From assembly GCA_964016885.1 (NCBI GenBank), contig OZ024755.1, positions 28,644,001 to 28,708,000 on the forward strand: a stretch of 64,000 nucleotides of DNA, in the 5' to 3' direction. Position 1 is the first letter of the stretch; every line of letters begins with the position of its first letter. Made by a program: the position numbers and the translations under genes. Below the pieces are notes generated by a model. It did no database searches. It was not told the DNA's origin and worked only from the letters and a program-made list of their open reading frames with translations. Of this stretch, positions 1 to 11,321 are shown in pieces. Origin of the DNA: Eledone cirrhosa (Eukaryota).

Positions 1-254
1 CTTGCGAGGAAATGGCGTCCCATTTGAAGATACTTTTGTACACTCAGTTGCCTAAAGATTCACAAAACTGAAAATAACTCCGGCTGGGGGTCTCTCGGCT
101 TTATACACGTTTCACCTAACTTTCAGAAGTAGAGGTGGTACAGTCCTTAGTCCTTCCCTAATAGCTGATGGAACTGTAAATGCTCTGTCACTGCATGCAG
201 CTGGTCTTGGGCATCGAGGTTCTTTCCATGTCTGCGTACCTAATAATTCTAAAA

Positions 255-447
255 ATAATTGTTTCTTTATTGTTGGCACAAGGCCAGCAATTATACCAAT
301 GCATTACTGGTACTTTATTTTATCGATCCCGTGAGGATGAAAGGCAAAGTTAACCTCGGCGGGATTTTAACTCAGACCGTAAAGGCGCACAACTCTATGC
401 TGCAAAGCATGGCGTCCGACCTTCTACCGATATTGCCAATCCACCGC
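255..447 (-). mobile_element. tRNA-derived SINE (Nin-like core), family A
   Basis: Reverse complement reads GCGGTGGATTGGCAATATCGG (A box)...GAGTTAAAATCC (B box)...GCCTTTCATCCTCACGGGATCGATAAAATAAAGTACC...GCTGGCCTTGTGCCAAC...AAACAATTATT; about 30 near-identical copies in the window. Confidence 0.9.
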
Positions 448-499
448 TTTCAAAAATGATAAGAACCGTTAATAATCTTTGAAAGAAAACTATGTTGCT

Positions 500-1252
500 T
501 TTAAAGTATAGGTAGTAGTAGCAGGTGTATTTAAAGTATAGGTAGTAGTAGCAGGTGTATTTAAAGTATAGGTAGTAGTAGCAGGTGTATTTAAAGTATA
601 GGTAGTAGTAGCAGGTGTATTTAAAGTATAGTTAGTAGTAGCAGGTGTATTTAAAGTATAGGTAGTAGTAGCAGGTGTATTTAAAGTATAGTTAGTAGTA
701 GCAGGTGTATTTAAAGTATAGGTAGTAGTAGCAGGTGTATTTAAAGTATAGGTTGTAGTAGCAGGTGTATTTAAAGTATAGTTAGTAGTACCAGGTGTAT
801 TTAAAGTATAGGTAGTAGTAGCAGGTGTATTTAAAGTATAGGTAGTAGTAGCAGGTGTATTTAAAGTATAGGTAGTAGTAGCAGGTGTATTTAAAGTATA
901 GGTAGTAGTAGCAGGTGTATTTAAAGTATAGGTAGTAATAGCAGGTGTATTTAAAGTATAGGTAGTAGTAGCAGGTGTATTTAAAGTATAGGTAGTAGTA
1001 GCAGGTGTATTTAAAGTATAGGTAGTAGTAGCAGGTGTATTTAAAGTATAGTTAGTAGTAGCAGGTGTATTTAAAGTATAGGTAGTAGTAGCAGGTGTAT
1101 TTAAAGTATAGGTAGTAGTAGTAGGTGTATTTAAAGTATAGGTAGTAGTAGCAGGTGTATTTAAAGTATAGGTAGTAGCAGCAGGTGTATTTAAAGTATA
1201 GGTAGTAGTAGCAGGTGTATTTAAAGTTTAGGTAGTAGTAGCAGGTGTATTA
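500..1252. repeat. 30-bp minisatellite, ~25 copies
   Basis: Unit TTAAAGTATAGGTAGTAGTAGCAGGTGTAT repeats in exact 30-bp register. Confidence 0.97.
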
Positions 1253-1366
1253 AGAGCTGCTTTCAGAAGTCGCGGTGGTGGTAGAAGTTGTATTAAAGTT
1301 GCTTTCAGAAATACAGTTGATAGTAGCAACTGTATTAAGGGGTGTTTTAGCCTGCGTCACTAAAAG

Positions 1367-1562
1367 CAGGCATGTCAAACTTAGGGGTCCCCGAGGGCGA
1401 CATGGGTCACATATATGTTGTCTGAGGGTCACACACGACAACTTAATTGCGCACATTACAACTAGATAAAACATGCTCGCCAAGATAAAACATGCTCGCG
1501 GGCCGCAGGTGTGCTTGTAAAGAGCCGCATCCGGCCCGCAAGCCGCATGTTTGACATGGCTG
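1367..1562. mobile_element. Non-autonomous hAT (Charlie-like) MITE
   Basis: TIRs CAGGCATGTCAAAC / GTTTGACATGGCTG (1 mismatch); 8-bp flanks ACTAAAAG / ACTTAAAG (7/8); subterminal GCGGGCCGC and GGCCCGC motifs. Confidence 0.8.
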
Positions 1563-1756
1563 ACTTAAAGTATCTCAAAACTCGACACGCATCGAGTATC
1601 TAAATATGGTGCAATCATCCCACTTCAGGTCCTAGAAAATTGATATTTTCCCTCGAGAATGACTGAAGAGAAAGGGAGAAGAGATATATAGAGAGAGGAA
1701 GCGAAACTAAAACCAGCATCTCTGATTAGTACATTACTTATAGACACTGAAAAATC

Positions 1757-1940
1757 GCGGTGGATTGGCAGTATCGGTGGAGGGTCGGACGCCATGCTTT
1801 CCAGCATAGTTACGTCCATTTACGATCTGAGTTCAAATCCCGCCGAGGTTGACTTTGCCTTTCATCTTTACGGGGTCGATAAAATAAAGTACCAGTAATG
1901 CACTGGATAATTGCTGGCCTTGTGCCTAAAGTAGAAACAA
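1757..1940 (+). mobile_element. SINE family A, full length with TSD
   Basis: A box TGGCAGTATCGG, B box GAGTTCAAATCC; flanked by direct repeat ATTACTTATAGACACTGAAA. Confidence 0.92.
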
Positions 1941-2080
1941 TTACTTATAGACACTGAAAGGATGAGTTTAATTCGGCGTCATTTGAACATTTATCAACAG
2001 AGACCCAACGAATGAATGTTCCCCTTGACAAGGTTTTCTATCCAACGCTAAAACGATCCTACTAATTCAATGTTCTAGAA

Positions 2081-2261
2081 TCCCTTTAGTATAGGTGAAT
2101 CCCTTTAGTATAGGTCAACTAACAGAAAATTATATTACGGTTGCGAACGAAATTCTAAATAAGCCTACAGGGTAAAAAATAAAAAAAAGGTTATCGCGGG
2201 CCACTCTGACTGGTCTAGCGGGCTGGATTGTGACCCGCAGGCCGCCAGTTGCACGCCCCTG
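2081..2261. mobile_element. hAT-like MITE remnant (right end recognisable)
   Basis: Ends GACCCGCAGGCCGCCAGTTGCACGCCCCTG; TTCTAGAA occurs at both flanks (2073-2080, 2262-2269); left TIR not recognisable. Confidence 0.5.
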
Positions 2262-3064
2262 TTCTAGAAGTAGTAGCAGCATACGTATTCAGAGGTTACT
2301 TTAAGAAATAGAGGTGGTAGTAACGTTTGCGTAAATGCTAAATACCTTTGGAATTAGAGGGGTTAATGGCAAGTATAATCACGTTGTGTTCAGAAGACGT
2401 GGTAATATCAAAATGCTTTGGGTGGTTCATTTTATATGTAAATGTACAAGTAGCAGGTGTATTAAAGTTGCTTTCAGAAATACAGATGATAGTAACACGT
2501 ATTAGGAGGTTGATTTCAAAAGTAGAGGTGGTAGTGGAAGGTGTTTCATGGCTGCTTTCAGGCGTAGACGTGGTAGTTGCATTGTAATAGCTGTTGAATT
2601 CAGACGTAAATGTGACAGTAGCAGGTGTATCATTGCTGCTTTCACGAGAAAAAGGTGGTAGTTGCAGTTGTAATAGAGGTTGGGTTTAAAGTAAATGTGG
2701 CAGTTGAGGCTGTATTAGGGCTGATCTTAGAAGCAGATGTGGGAATAACTACTGTATTGAGGCTGTTTACAGTAATAGAGGAAGTAGTAAGAGGTGAATT
2801 GACTCTTTTTCCCAAAGAATAGGTGGCAGTGGCAGTTGTATTATGACTTATTTCAGAAGTAGAGGCTGTTGTATGAGGTGTAAATGGGTTGATTCCGGGA
2901 GTACAGATGATATTAGCAACTGCATTACATATTACAGCTCATTTCAACAGGAAAGGTGGTAGTAGAAAGTGTACTCAGGTTGATTTCAGAAGAACATTAT
3001 ATTAAGGGCTTGATTTGATAAGTAGAAGCAGTAATAGCATTTGTACTGAGGCTGATTTCAGACG

Positions 3065-3960
3065 TAGAGGTGGCAGTAACGACTCTATTACGACTTATTT
3101 CAAATGTAGAGGCGGTAGTGGATACCAGGGCTGATTTCTGAAGCAAAGGTTGCAGTAGCTATTATATTTCAGACGTATAGGTGTCAGTAGTAGGTGTACT
3201 ATAATTTATTTCGAAAATAGAGGCGGTAGTGGATGCCAGGGCTGATTTCTGAAGTAGAGGTTGCAGTAGCAACTATAATTTAGACGTATAGGTGGCAGTA
3301 GTAGGTGTAGTATGACTTATTTCAAACGTAGAGGTGTTAGTGGATGCCAGGGCTGATTTCTCAAGTAGAGGTTGCAGTAGCTACTATAATGCAGACGTAT
3401 AGGTGGCAGTAGTAGGTGTAGTATGACTTATTTCAAACGTAGAGGTGTTAGTGGATGCCAGGGCTGATTTCTCAAGTAGAGGTTGCAGTAGCAACTATAA
3501 TGCAGACGTATAGGTGGCAGTAGTAGGTGTAGTATGACTTATTTCAAACGTAGAGGTGTTAGTGGATGCCAGGGCTGATTTCTCAAGTAGAGGTTGCAGT
3601 AGCAACTATAATTTAGACGTATAGGTGACATTAGTAGGTGTAGTATGACTTATTTCAAACGTAGAGGTGTTAGTGGATGCCAGGGCTGATTTCTCAAGTA
3701 GAGGTTGCAGTAGCAACTATAATTTAGACGTATAGGTGGCAGTAGTAGGTGTACTATAATTTATTTCGAAAATAGAGGCGTTAGTGGATGCCAGGGCTGA
3801 TTTCTCAAGTAGAGGTTGCAGTAGCTATTATATCTCAGACGTATAGGTGGCAGTAGTAGGTGTAGTATGACTTATTTCGAAAATAGAGGCGGTAGTGGAT
3901 GTCAGGGCTGATTTCTGAAGTAGAGGTTGCAGTAGCTACTATAATGCAGACGTATAGGTG
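3065..3960. repeat. 111-bp higher-order tandem repeat, ~8 copies
   Basis: GGAT(G/A) anchor at 3120, 3231, 3342, 3453, 3564, 3675, 3786, 3897. Confidence 0.93.
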
Positions 3961-4109
3961 AAGTAGGAGCTGTTTTACGATTCAGAAGTAGAGGTGGTAG
4001 TGACAGTGGAATCAGGAGGTTGATTTCAGAAATATAGGTGTTACTAACGAGTGTGGAGAAGAATCTTTGTGGAAGTAGAGGTGGTTGTAGCAGGTATATT
4101 TAGGCGGAC

Positions 4110-4390
4110 TTCATCACCATCATCACTCGTCGACTACTGTCGAGATGATGGATCTCACTCTCATGCCCCAGAATCCCCTGTCCCTTATCGCTTCCCCCAG
4201 GTCCTGTCTGCTGATTCCCGTATTCCTAGAGATAACGTCAGGGAATGACAGCTTCCTAGTCCTAGTCAGGCTGGAGTCAGGGTTCCAGAGCAAGAGAGCG
4301 GATATGATTTCATTGCTGGCACGGTGACAGTGGCCAGCAAATTAAGCTCTCCGGGATTTTAGAAGGGCAGAGGCTCGAGGGAGTTTGCCA
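4110..4390 (-). mobile_element. 5'-truncated RTE-like LINE with 9-bp TSD
   Basis: Minus strand reads GKLPRASALLKSRRA*FAGHCHRASNEIISALLLWNP...KLSFPDVISRNTG...RDRGFWGMRVRSIISTVVDE*, homologous to the copies at 33.7 and 36.7 kb; (GAT)n tail; TAGGCGGAC at 4101-4109 and 4391-4399. Confidence 0.85.
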
Positions 4391-4664
4391 TAGGCGGACA
4401 TAGGAAGTAGATGAGGTTGAAGTAGGAGTATTTAAGAGGATTTCAGGTGTAGATGATTAGATGTGACAGTAGCAGCTGTAATAACAGGTTGGTTTGGGTT
4501 GGATTTGAAGTCGGGGAAACACAGCGAATGCCGCAAACCATTGAATCCGACGCTTGAATAATTCGGGGAATTTACCGTAGTAGTAGTTTCATAAAGAGTT
4601 GCTTTCGGAAGATACATTGTATCAGAAGTAAAGATGTTAGTAGCAATTTAATGAAATATAACAA

Positions 4665-5548
4665 TGATAATTGTTTCTACTTTAGGCACAAGGCCAGCAA
4701 ATTACCCAGTGCATTACTGGTACTTTTATTTTATCGACCCCGTAAGGATGAAAGGCAAAGTTAACCTCGGCGGGATTTAACAATGATAATAATATTTGTT
4801 TCTAGTTTTGTCACAAGGCCAGCAATTATCCCAGTGCATTACTGGTACTTTATTTTATCGACCCCGTAAGGATGAAAGGCAAAGTTAACCTCGGCGGGAT
4901 TTAACAATGATAATAATATTTGTTTCTAGTTTTGTCACAAGGCCAGCAATTATCCCAGTGCATTACTGGTACTTTTATTTTATCGACCCCGTAAGGATGA
5001 AAGGCAAAGTTAACCTCGGCGGGATTTGAACTCAGGTCATAAAGGGAGGTAACTCTGTGCTTCAACGCATGGCGTCCGACCCTCTACCGATACACCAATC
5101 CACAATGATAATAATAATTGTTTCTACGTTAGGCACAAGGCCAGCAATTATCCCAGTGCATTACTGGTACTTTATTTTATCGACCCCGTAAGGATGGAGG
5201 TAAAGTTAACCTCGGCGGGATTTGAACTCAGACCATAAAGGGAGGTAACTATGCTGGAAAGCATGGCGTCCGACCCTCTACCGATACTGCCAATCCACTG
5301 CCATAATGAAATTATTGTGTACACTGTTCAGATGCACTACAACTCATGTATAGTACACAGAAGAATTGTTATTACTTTTGGCACAAGGCCAGCAATGATC
5401 CTAGTGTATTACTGGTACTTTATTTTAACGACCCCATAGGGATGAAAGGCAAAGTTAACCTCGCCGGGATTTGAACTGAGACCGTAAAGGCACGTAACTC
5501 TATGCTACAAAGCATAGCGTCCGACCCTCTACCGATAGTGTCAATCCT
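4665..5548 (-). mobile_element. Cluster of five SINE family A copies (two are tandemly duplicated 3' halves)
   Basis: Repeated ...GGCACAAGGCCAGCAATT...TTATCGACCCCGTAAGGATGAAAGGCAAAGTTAACCTCGGCGGGATTT at ~4665, 4790, 4912, 5113 and 5365. Confidence 0.9.
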
Positions 5549-5629
5549 CATAGAATGATGTACAAATGTCAGGAATTTGAACAGTGTATGAGTCACGATA
5601 TACATGTTTTCGTCTCTAGGAAAGGGGGA

Positions 5630-6300
5630 TATACGGTGTAGTGTTGGCGAATTTTAGGAAGCATGGAGGTTTTAAAGGATGCAGTGTCTCGGCAGCTAAC
5701 AACTGATGCAGGTAGTTTGTTCTATGGAGGTTTTAAAGGATGCAGTGTCTCGGCAGCTAACAACTGATGCAGGTAGTTTGTTCTATGGAGGTTTTAAAGG
5801 ATGTAGTGTCTCGGCAGCTAACAACTGATGCAGGTAGTTTGTTCTATGGAGGTTTTAAAGGATGCAGTGTCTCGGCAGCTAACAACTGATGCAGGTAGTT
5901 TGTTCTATGGTGGTTTTAAAGGATATAGTGTCTCGGCAGCTAACAACTGATGCAGGTAGTTTGTTCTATGGAGGTTTTAAAGGATGCAGTGTCTCGGCAG
6001 CTAACAACTGATGCAGGTAGTTTGTTCTATGGAGGTTTTAAAGGATGCAGTGTCTCGGCAGCTAACAACTGATGCAGGCAGTTTGTTCTATGCTTCAGCA
6101 ACTCTGAGCGTGAAAAAATGTTTCCAAATGTCATGGGAGCTCTGCTCATTTCTGACTTTGTAGGCATGTCCACGGGGATTAGACACATGGAATTCAAAAA
6201 GGTGCTTAGGGTTGTTGTTGGTAAGATGGTTAATAATTTTGTGGGTGTTTACCAAGTCAGTTGCCAGACCTCGGAGCTTCAATGTATCTATGCCCAGGTT
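5630..6300 (-). mobile_element. CR1/L2-type LINE ORF2 C-terminal fragment
   Basis: LRGLATDLVNTHKII...PRGHAYKV...KHFFTLRVAEA*NKLPASVVSCRDTASFKTS matches the RR-DL-KI / TRGH / FF-RV-WN-LP / FK signature of CR1-group ORF2 ends. Confidence 0.8.
5663..6090. repeat. 61-bp minisatellite (7 copies) inside the LINE 3' end
   Basis: Unit ATGGAGGTTTTAAAGGATGCAGTGTCTCGGCAGCTAACAACTGATGCAGGTAGTTTGTTCT, period 61. Confidence 0.95.
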
Positions 6301-6489
6301 GTGAGGTTTCTCTCAGAAGTAAATCCGTTAATTGCAAAGATATTAAGATGACGTTTTTAGAAGAAGCGGTGGTAATTGCAGGTGTATTAAAACTGTCCTT
6401 AGTAAATTTGGTTATTTTTTTGTGAGAAACTGAAAGAGTTGGGTGACAAGTGTAACACCTGACTGTTACTTAATTTATTGTGCTTGTGA

Positions 6490-6865
6490 TAATTGTTTCT
6501 ACTTTTGGCACAAGGCCAGCAATTACCTCCAGTGCATTACTGGTACATTATTTTATCGATCCCGTCAGCATGAAAGGCAAAGTTAACATCGGCTGAATTT
6601 GAACTCAGACTGTAAAGGGATGTAACTCTACGCTGCAAATCATGCCAGCGATCCTCTACAGATACTGCCAATCCACCGATTTAATAATTGTCTCTACTTT
6701 TTGCACAAAGCCAGCAATTACCCCAGTGAATTACTGGTACTTTATTTTATCGACCCCGTAAAGATGAAAGGCAAAGTTAACCTCGGTGGGATTTGAATTC
6801 AGGACGCAATGAGCCGTAACTCTATGCTGCAAAGCATGGTGTCTGACGCTCTACCGATGCTGACA
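6490..6865 (-). mobile_element. Two SINE family A copies
   Basis: Same consensus as the other copies at 6490-6678 and 6683-6865. Confidence 0.88.
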
Positions 6866-6969
6866 ATAATGAAGTTGATTTCGACCATATTTGAACACAG
6901 ATCAGATGGAGATATAATGAATATCCCAAAGTATTCTATCCAACGACCGATCGATTCTGCCAATTCAGC

Positions 6970-7700
6970 ACATCCGAAGTAGTATTAGCAGCTGCATTTA
7001 GGTGTTGCTTTGGTAGTAGAGTAAGCAGCAATGTCTACTGTATTTAGACTGATTAAAGAAGTTGTAGTAACAATTGTATCAAGATTGTCAGAATTAGAGG
7101 TGGTAGCGGCAGGTGTATTTAATCCTATTTCATAGAGGCGTTAGTGGCAGTTGTATTAAGGTAGATTTCAGATGTAGTAATTCTAGTAGCAACTGTATTG
7201 GGGCTTTTTTTTTCAGGGGTTGCACTGGGTGTAGCAACTCTATTAAGGCTGCTTACAGACGTAGAGGTGATAGCAGTATTATAGTGAGGATTCTTTTAGA
7301 TGTTGATGTGGTATTAGCAGGGACTGATTTCAGAAGTAGAGGTGGTTGCGGCAGTTTTAGTGAGGCTTCTTTCAGAAGAAAAGTAGCAGTAGCTGCTGTG
7401 AGAAGAGGTTGATTTGAGCAAGCGAGGTGATAGTAGCAGTTATATTATGAAGCTACTCTCAGATGTAGAGGTGGTGGTATTGATAGTTGTATAATGAGGT
7501 GGATATCCGAAGTAGATATTGTACTAGGAACTCTATTGAGGATTCTTTCAAACGTAAACATTATATAGCTACAGTATAAAGATGCTATCATAAGTAAATC
7601 TGGTTATAGCAGCTGAATTAAGGCTTCATGCAGAAGTAGAGATGGTAGTGGTAGTAGCACTGAGGCTGTCTTCAGAAGGGAAGGTGGCAGGAGCAATGTC
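6970..7700 (-). repeat. Continuation of the degenerate ~42-bp Thr/Ser-rich repeat
   Basis: Units such as TTTCAGAAGTAGAGGTGGTTGCGGCAG and CAGATGTAGAGGTGGTGGTA. Confidence 0.6.
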
Positions 7701-8472
7701 AAAAGGAAGCCTGTTATTGTTTTGTTTAACGCCTGGTCAAGCCTTAACACTCGCTCCTCGGATTAAAGACATTAAAATGTGTAGATTTTTGAAGACTATA
7801 GGGTGTGAATTCAGTGATATATTGTTGCCATTTCTAGCAGAATAAGTTACCGCCTAGAAACACCATCATATTTTAGCAGTAGTAGGATGTTTACAACATT
7901 ATTATCAGCAGTGATAACGCTAGGAGCAACAACAGATCTAAGAAATACTATGCTAATGTGGTAGGTATCAGTCACAAGTAAACAGACTACATGCTGTTAT
8001 TATAGCTGTTAAACGCCGTGTTAAGCAAACCTATTGACAAAGGCGTTTCAATTTGTGAGTACCACACCGTCTTATTTTCAAAAATTAGTATACCTTGAAA
8101 TACACCATTCAACGTGTGTTCCCAACATGTTTTTGTATTTGAGGGAGTTTCTCCTGCGATTTCTAAAGTAGTCAAGCATCCTTGCAGTCAAGGGTTCTCT
8201 TACTGTCTGCTAATTAAGTTGGTATTGTAAGGTGGTGTGGTGATAAACACACTCCTAGTATCTATCGCTGCAGCAAGGTAGTGGTTCACCTGTTGTAATG
8301 GATCATTGGTCTAGCATTTGCAGAGGTGGGGTGAGCCAGTGGTATAGTGTTTATAGTTGAGTAGATGTCAAGCTTTGGTGGAGGCGCAAAATTGCAAATG
8401 GATAAAACGTTCGCCTCGCAATCAATAAATCCGGAGCTCCATGCCGTTGCGTAGCATCATGGGAAAATGGCG

Positions 8473-9870
8473 TTTACCATAGACTAGGTTTGGTCCATGA
8501 CTTGTAAGGGGAATCCTTTACCATAGACTAGGTTTGGTCCATGACTTGTAAAGGGAATCCTTTGCCATAGCCTAGGTTTGGTCCATGCCTTGTAAGGGGA
8601 ATCCTTTACCATAGACTAGGTTTGGTCCATGCCTTGTAAGGGGAATCCTTTACCATAGACTAGGTTTGGTCCATGTCTTGTAAGGGGAATCCTTTACCAT
8701 AGACTAGGTTTGGTCCATGTCTTGTAAGGGGAATCCTTTACCATAGACTAGGTTTGGTCCATGCCCTGTAAGGGGAATCCTTTACCATAGCCTAGGTTTG
8801 GTCCATGTCTTGTAAGGGGAATCCTTTACCATAGACTAGGTTTGGTCCATGCCTTGTAAAGGGAATCCTTTACCATAGACTAGGTTTGGTCCATGTCTTG
8901 TAAGGGGAATCCTTTACCATAGACTAGGTTTGGTCCATGCCTTGTAAGGGGAATCCTTTACCATAGACTAGGTTTGGTCCATGCCTTGTAAAGGGAATCC
9001 TTTACCATAGACTAGGTTTGGTCCATGCCATGTAAGGGGAATCCTTTACCATAGACTAGGTTTGGTCCATGCCTTGTAAAGGGAATCCTTTACCATAGAC
9101 TAGGTTTGGTCCATGTCTTGTAAGGGGAATCCTTTACCATAGCCTAGGTTTGGTCCATGCCTTGTAAGGGGAATCCTTTACCATAGACTAGGTTTGGTCC
9201 ATGCCTTGTAAAGGGAATCCTTTACCATAGACTAGGTTTGGTCCATGCCTTGTAAGGGGAATCCTTTACCATAGACTAGGTTTGGTCCATGCCTTGTAAA
9301 GGGAATCCTTTACCATAGACTAGGTTTGGTCCATGCCTTGTAAGGGGAATCCTTTACCATAGACTAGGTTTGGTCCATGCCTTGTAAGGGGAATCCTTTA
9401 CCATAGACTAGGTTTGGTCCATGCCTTGTAAAGGGAATCCTTTACCATAGACTAGGTTTGGTCCATGCCTTGTAAGGGGAATCCTTTACCATAGACTAGG
9501 TTTGGTCCATGCCTTGTAAAGGGAATCCTTTACCATAGACTAGGTTTGGTCCATGCCTTGTAAGGGGAATCCTTTACCATAGACTAGGTTTGGTCCATGC
9601 CTTGTAAAGGGAATCCTTTACCATAGACTAGGTTTGGTCCATGCCTTGTAAGGGGAATCCTTTACCATAGACTAGGTTTGGTCCATGCCTTGTAAAGGGA
9701 ATCCTTTACCATAGACTAGCTTTGGTCCATGTCTTGTAAGGGGAATCCTTTACCATAGACTAGGTTTGGTCCATGTCTTGTAAGGGGAATCCTTTACCAT
9801 AGCCTAGCTTTGGTCCATGCCTTGTAAAGAGAATCCTTTACTATAGCCTAGGTTTGGTCCATGTCTTCTT
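8473..9870. repeat. 44-bp minisatellite, ~31 copies
   Basis: Unit TTTACCATAGACTAGGTTTGGTCCATGCCTTGTAAGGGGAATCC. Confidence 0.97.
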
Positions 9871-10093
9871 AGGGGATTTAAGTGGACTGTAACTTTTTGC
9901 AAGCGCGACGGATGGACTGAAACTTTATTTCATTTGACAAGCCTTGTTACTCTGTGTCACGCTAAATCTCCCAGCGGATTATGTTAACGATACACTCGCT
10001 TGTACAGGACTTCACACAATACTTTCACAATGTGTTTTGAGTTGATTCATCAACTGAAACATTCTTCATCGAAACCGACGGTGGTCCATCCTA

Positions 10094-10430
10094 CGTGTGT
10101 GTGTGTGTGTGTAGATGTGTGTGAGGGTGCGCGCGAGTGTGTGTGTGAGGGTGCGCGCGCGCGCGTGTGTGCATGTGTGTGTGAGGGTGCGCGTGCGTGT
10201 GTGTGTGCATGTGTGTGTGAGGGTGCGCGCGCGTGTGTGTGTGTATGTGTTTCTGAGGGTCCGCGCGTGTGTGCATGTGTGTGTGTGAGGGTGCGCGTGT
10301 GCGTGCATGAGCGTGCGAGCGCGCGAGTGTGTGCATGTGTGTGGGTCCGCGCGTGTGTGCATGTGTGTGTGAGGGTGCCCGCGTGTGTGTGTGTGTGTGA
10401 GTGTGCGCGCGCGTGTGTGTGCGTGTGTTT
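10094..10430. repeat. (GT)n/(GC)n compound microsatellite
   Basis: GTGTGTGAGGGTGCGCGCG units. Confidence 0.9.
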
Positions 10431-10489
10431 GTATGAGAAGCGTAGGTGTGTAACTGTCAGTTGCCTAATAAATATATGAATAATAACAG

Positions 10490-11212
10490 ACTACTACTGT
10501 TGCCACTACCACCAGCACTACTACTACAACTACTACCAGTACTACTATTACTAATACTAATACTACTACTACTACCAGCACCAACTCTGCAACTACAACT
10601 AATACTACAACTATAACTACTATCACCACCACCACTACTACTAAAATTACTACCAGCATCACTACTTACTCTACTACCACCACCACTACTACTACTACTA
10701 GTATGACAACCACCACCACCACCACCACCACCACCACCACCAATACTACTATCACCACTACTACTACCACCTCTATTACTACCAGCACCACTACAACTAC
10801 TAGTATGACTACCACCAACAATACTACTATCACCACCACTACTACTACCACCAATACCACTACCGCCACACCACTACCCCCAGCACTACTACTACTACTA
10901 CTACTAGTAGTAGTATGACTACCACCACCAATACTACTATCACCACCACTACTACTACCACCAATACCACTACCCCAGCACTACTACTACTACTACTACT
11001 ACAACTACTATGACTACCACCACCAATACTACTATCACCACCACTACCACCAATACCACTACCCCCAGCACTACTACTACTACTACTACTACTACTCGTA
11101 TGACTACTACCACCAATACTACTAACACCACCACCACTACTACTACTACCAATACCACTACCGCCACACCACTACCCCCAGCACTACTACTACTACTACT
11201 ACTACTACTAAC
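10490..11212. repeat. (ACT)n/(ACC)n trinucleotide tract with internal duplications
   Basis: Direct inspection. Confidence 0.9.
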
Positions 11213-11321
11213 CAACACAGTGTAACAATAGCTGTAGTAGACATTGCTACAATTCAGACCATCTCTGCTAAACATCTCACACTGTATACTTACTTTTCAA
11301 ATGGCAGTGGATCTGATGTTC

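Larger units (their letters stand above)
2265..4645 (-). repeat. Degenerate ~42-bp repeat with Thr/Ser-rich coding character on the minus strand (possible decayed mucin-like exon)
   Basis: Recurrent TTCAGAAGTAGAGGTGGTAGTAGCAGGTGTATTAAG; minus strand reads NTPATTTSTSEI-like 14-aa units with frameshifts and stops. Confidence 0.6.

Noticed and set aside
1757-1850. tRNA gene
   Set aside because: A and B boxes are present but there is no cloverleaf; it is a SINE head.
8473-9870. 44-bp array as a CRISPR array
   Set aside because: No unique spacers; eukaryotic context.
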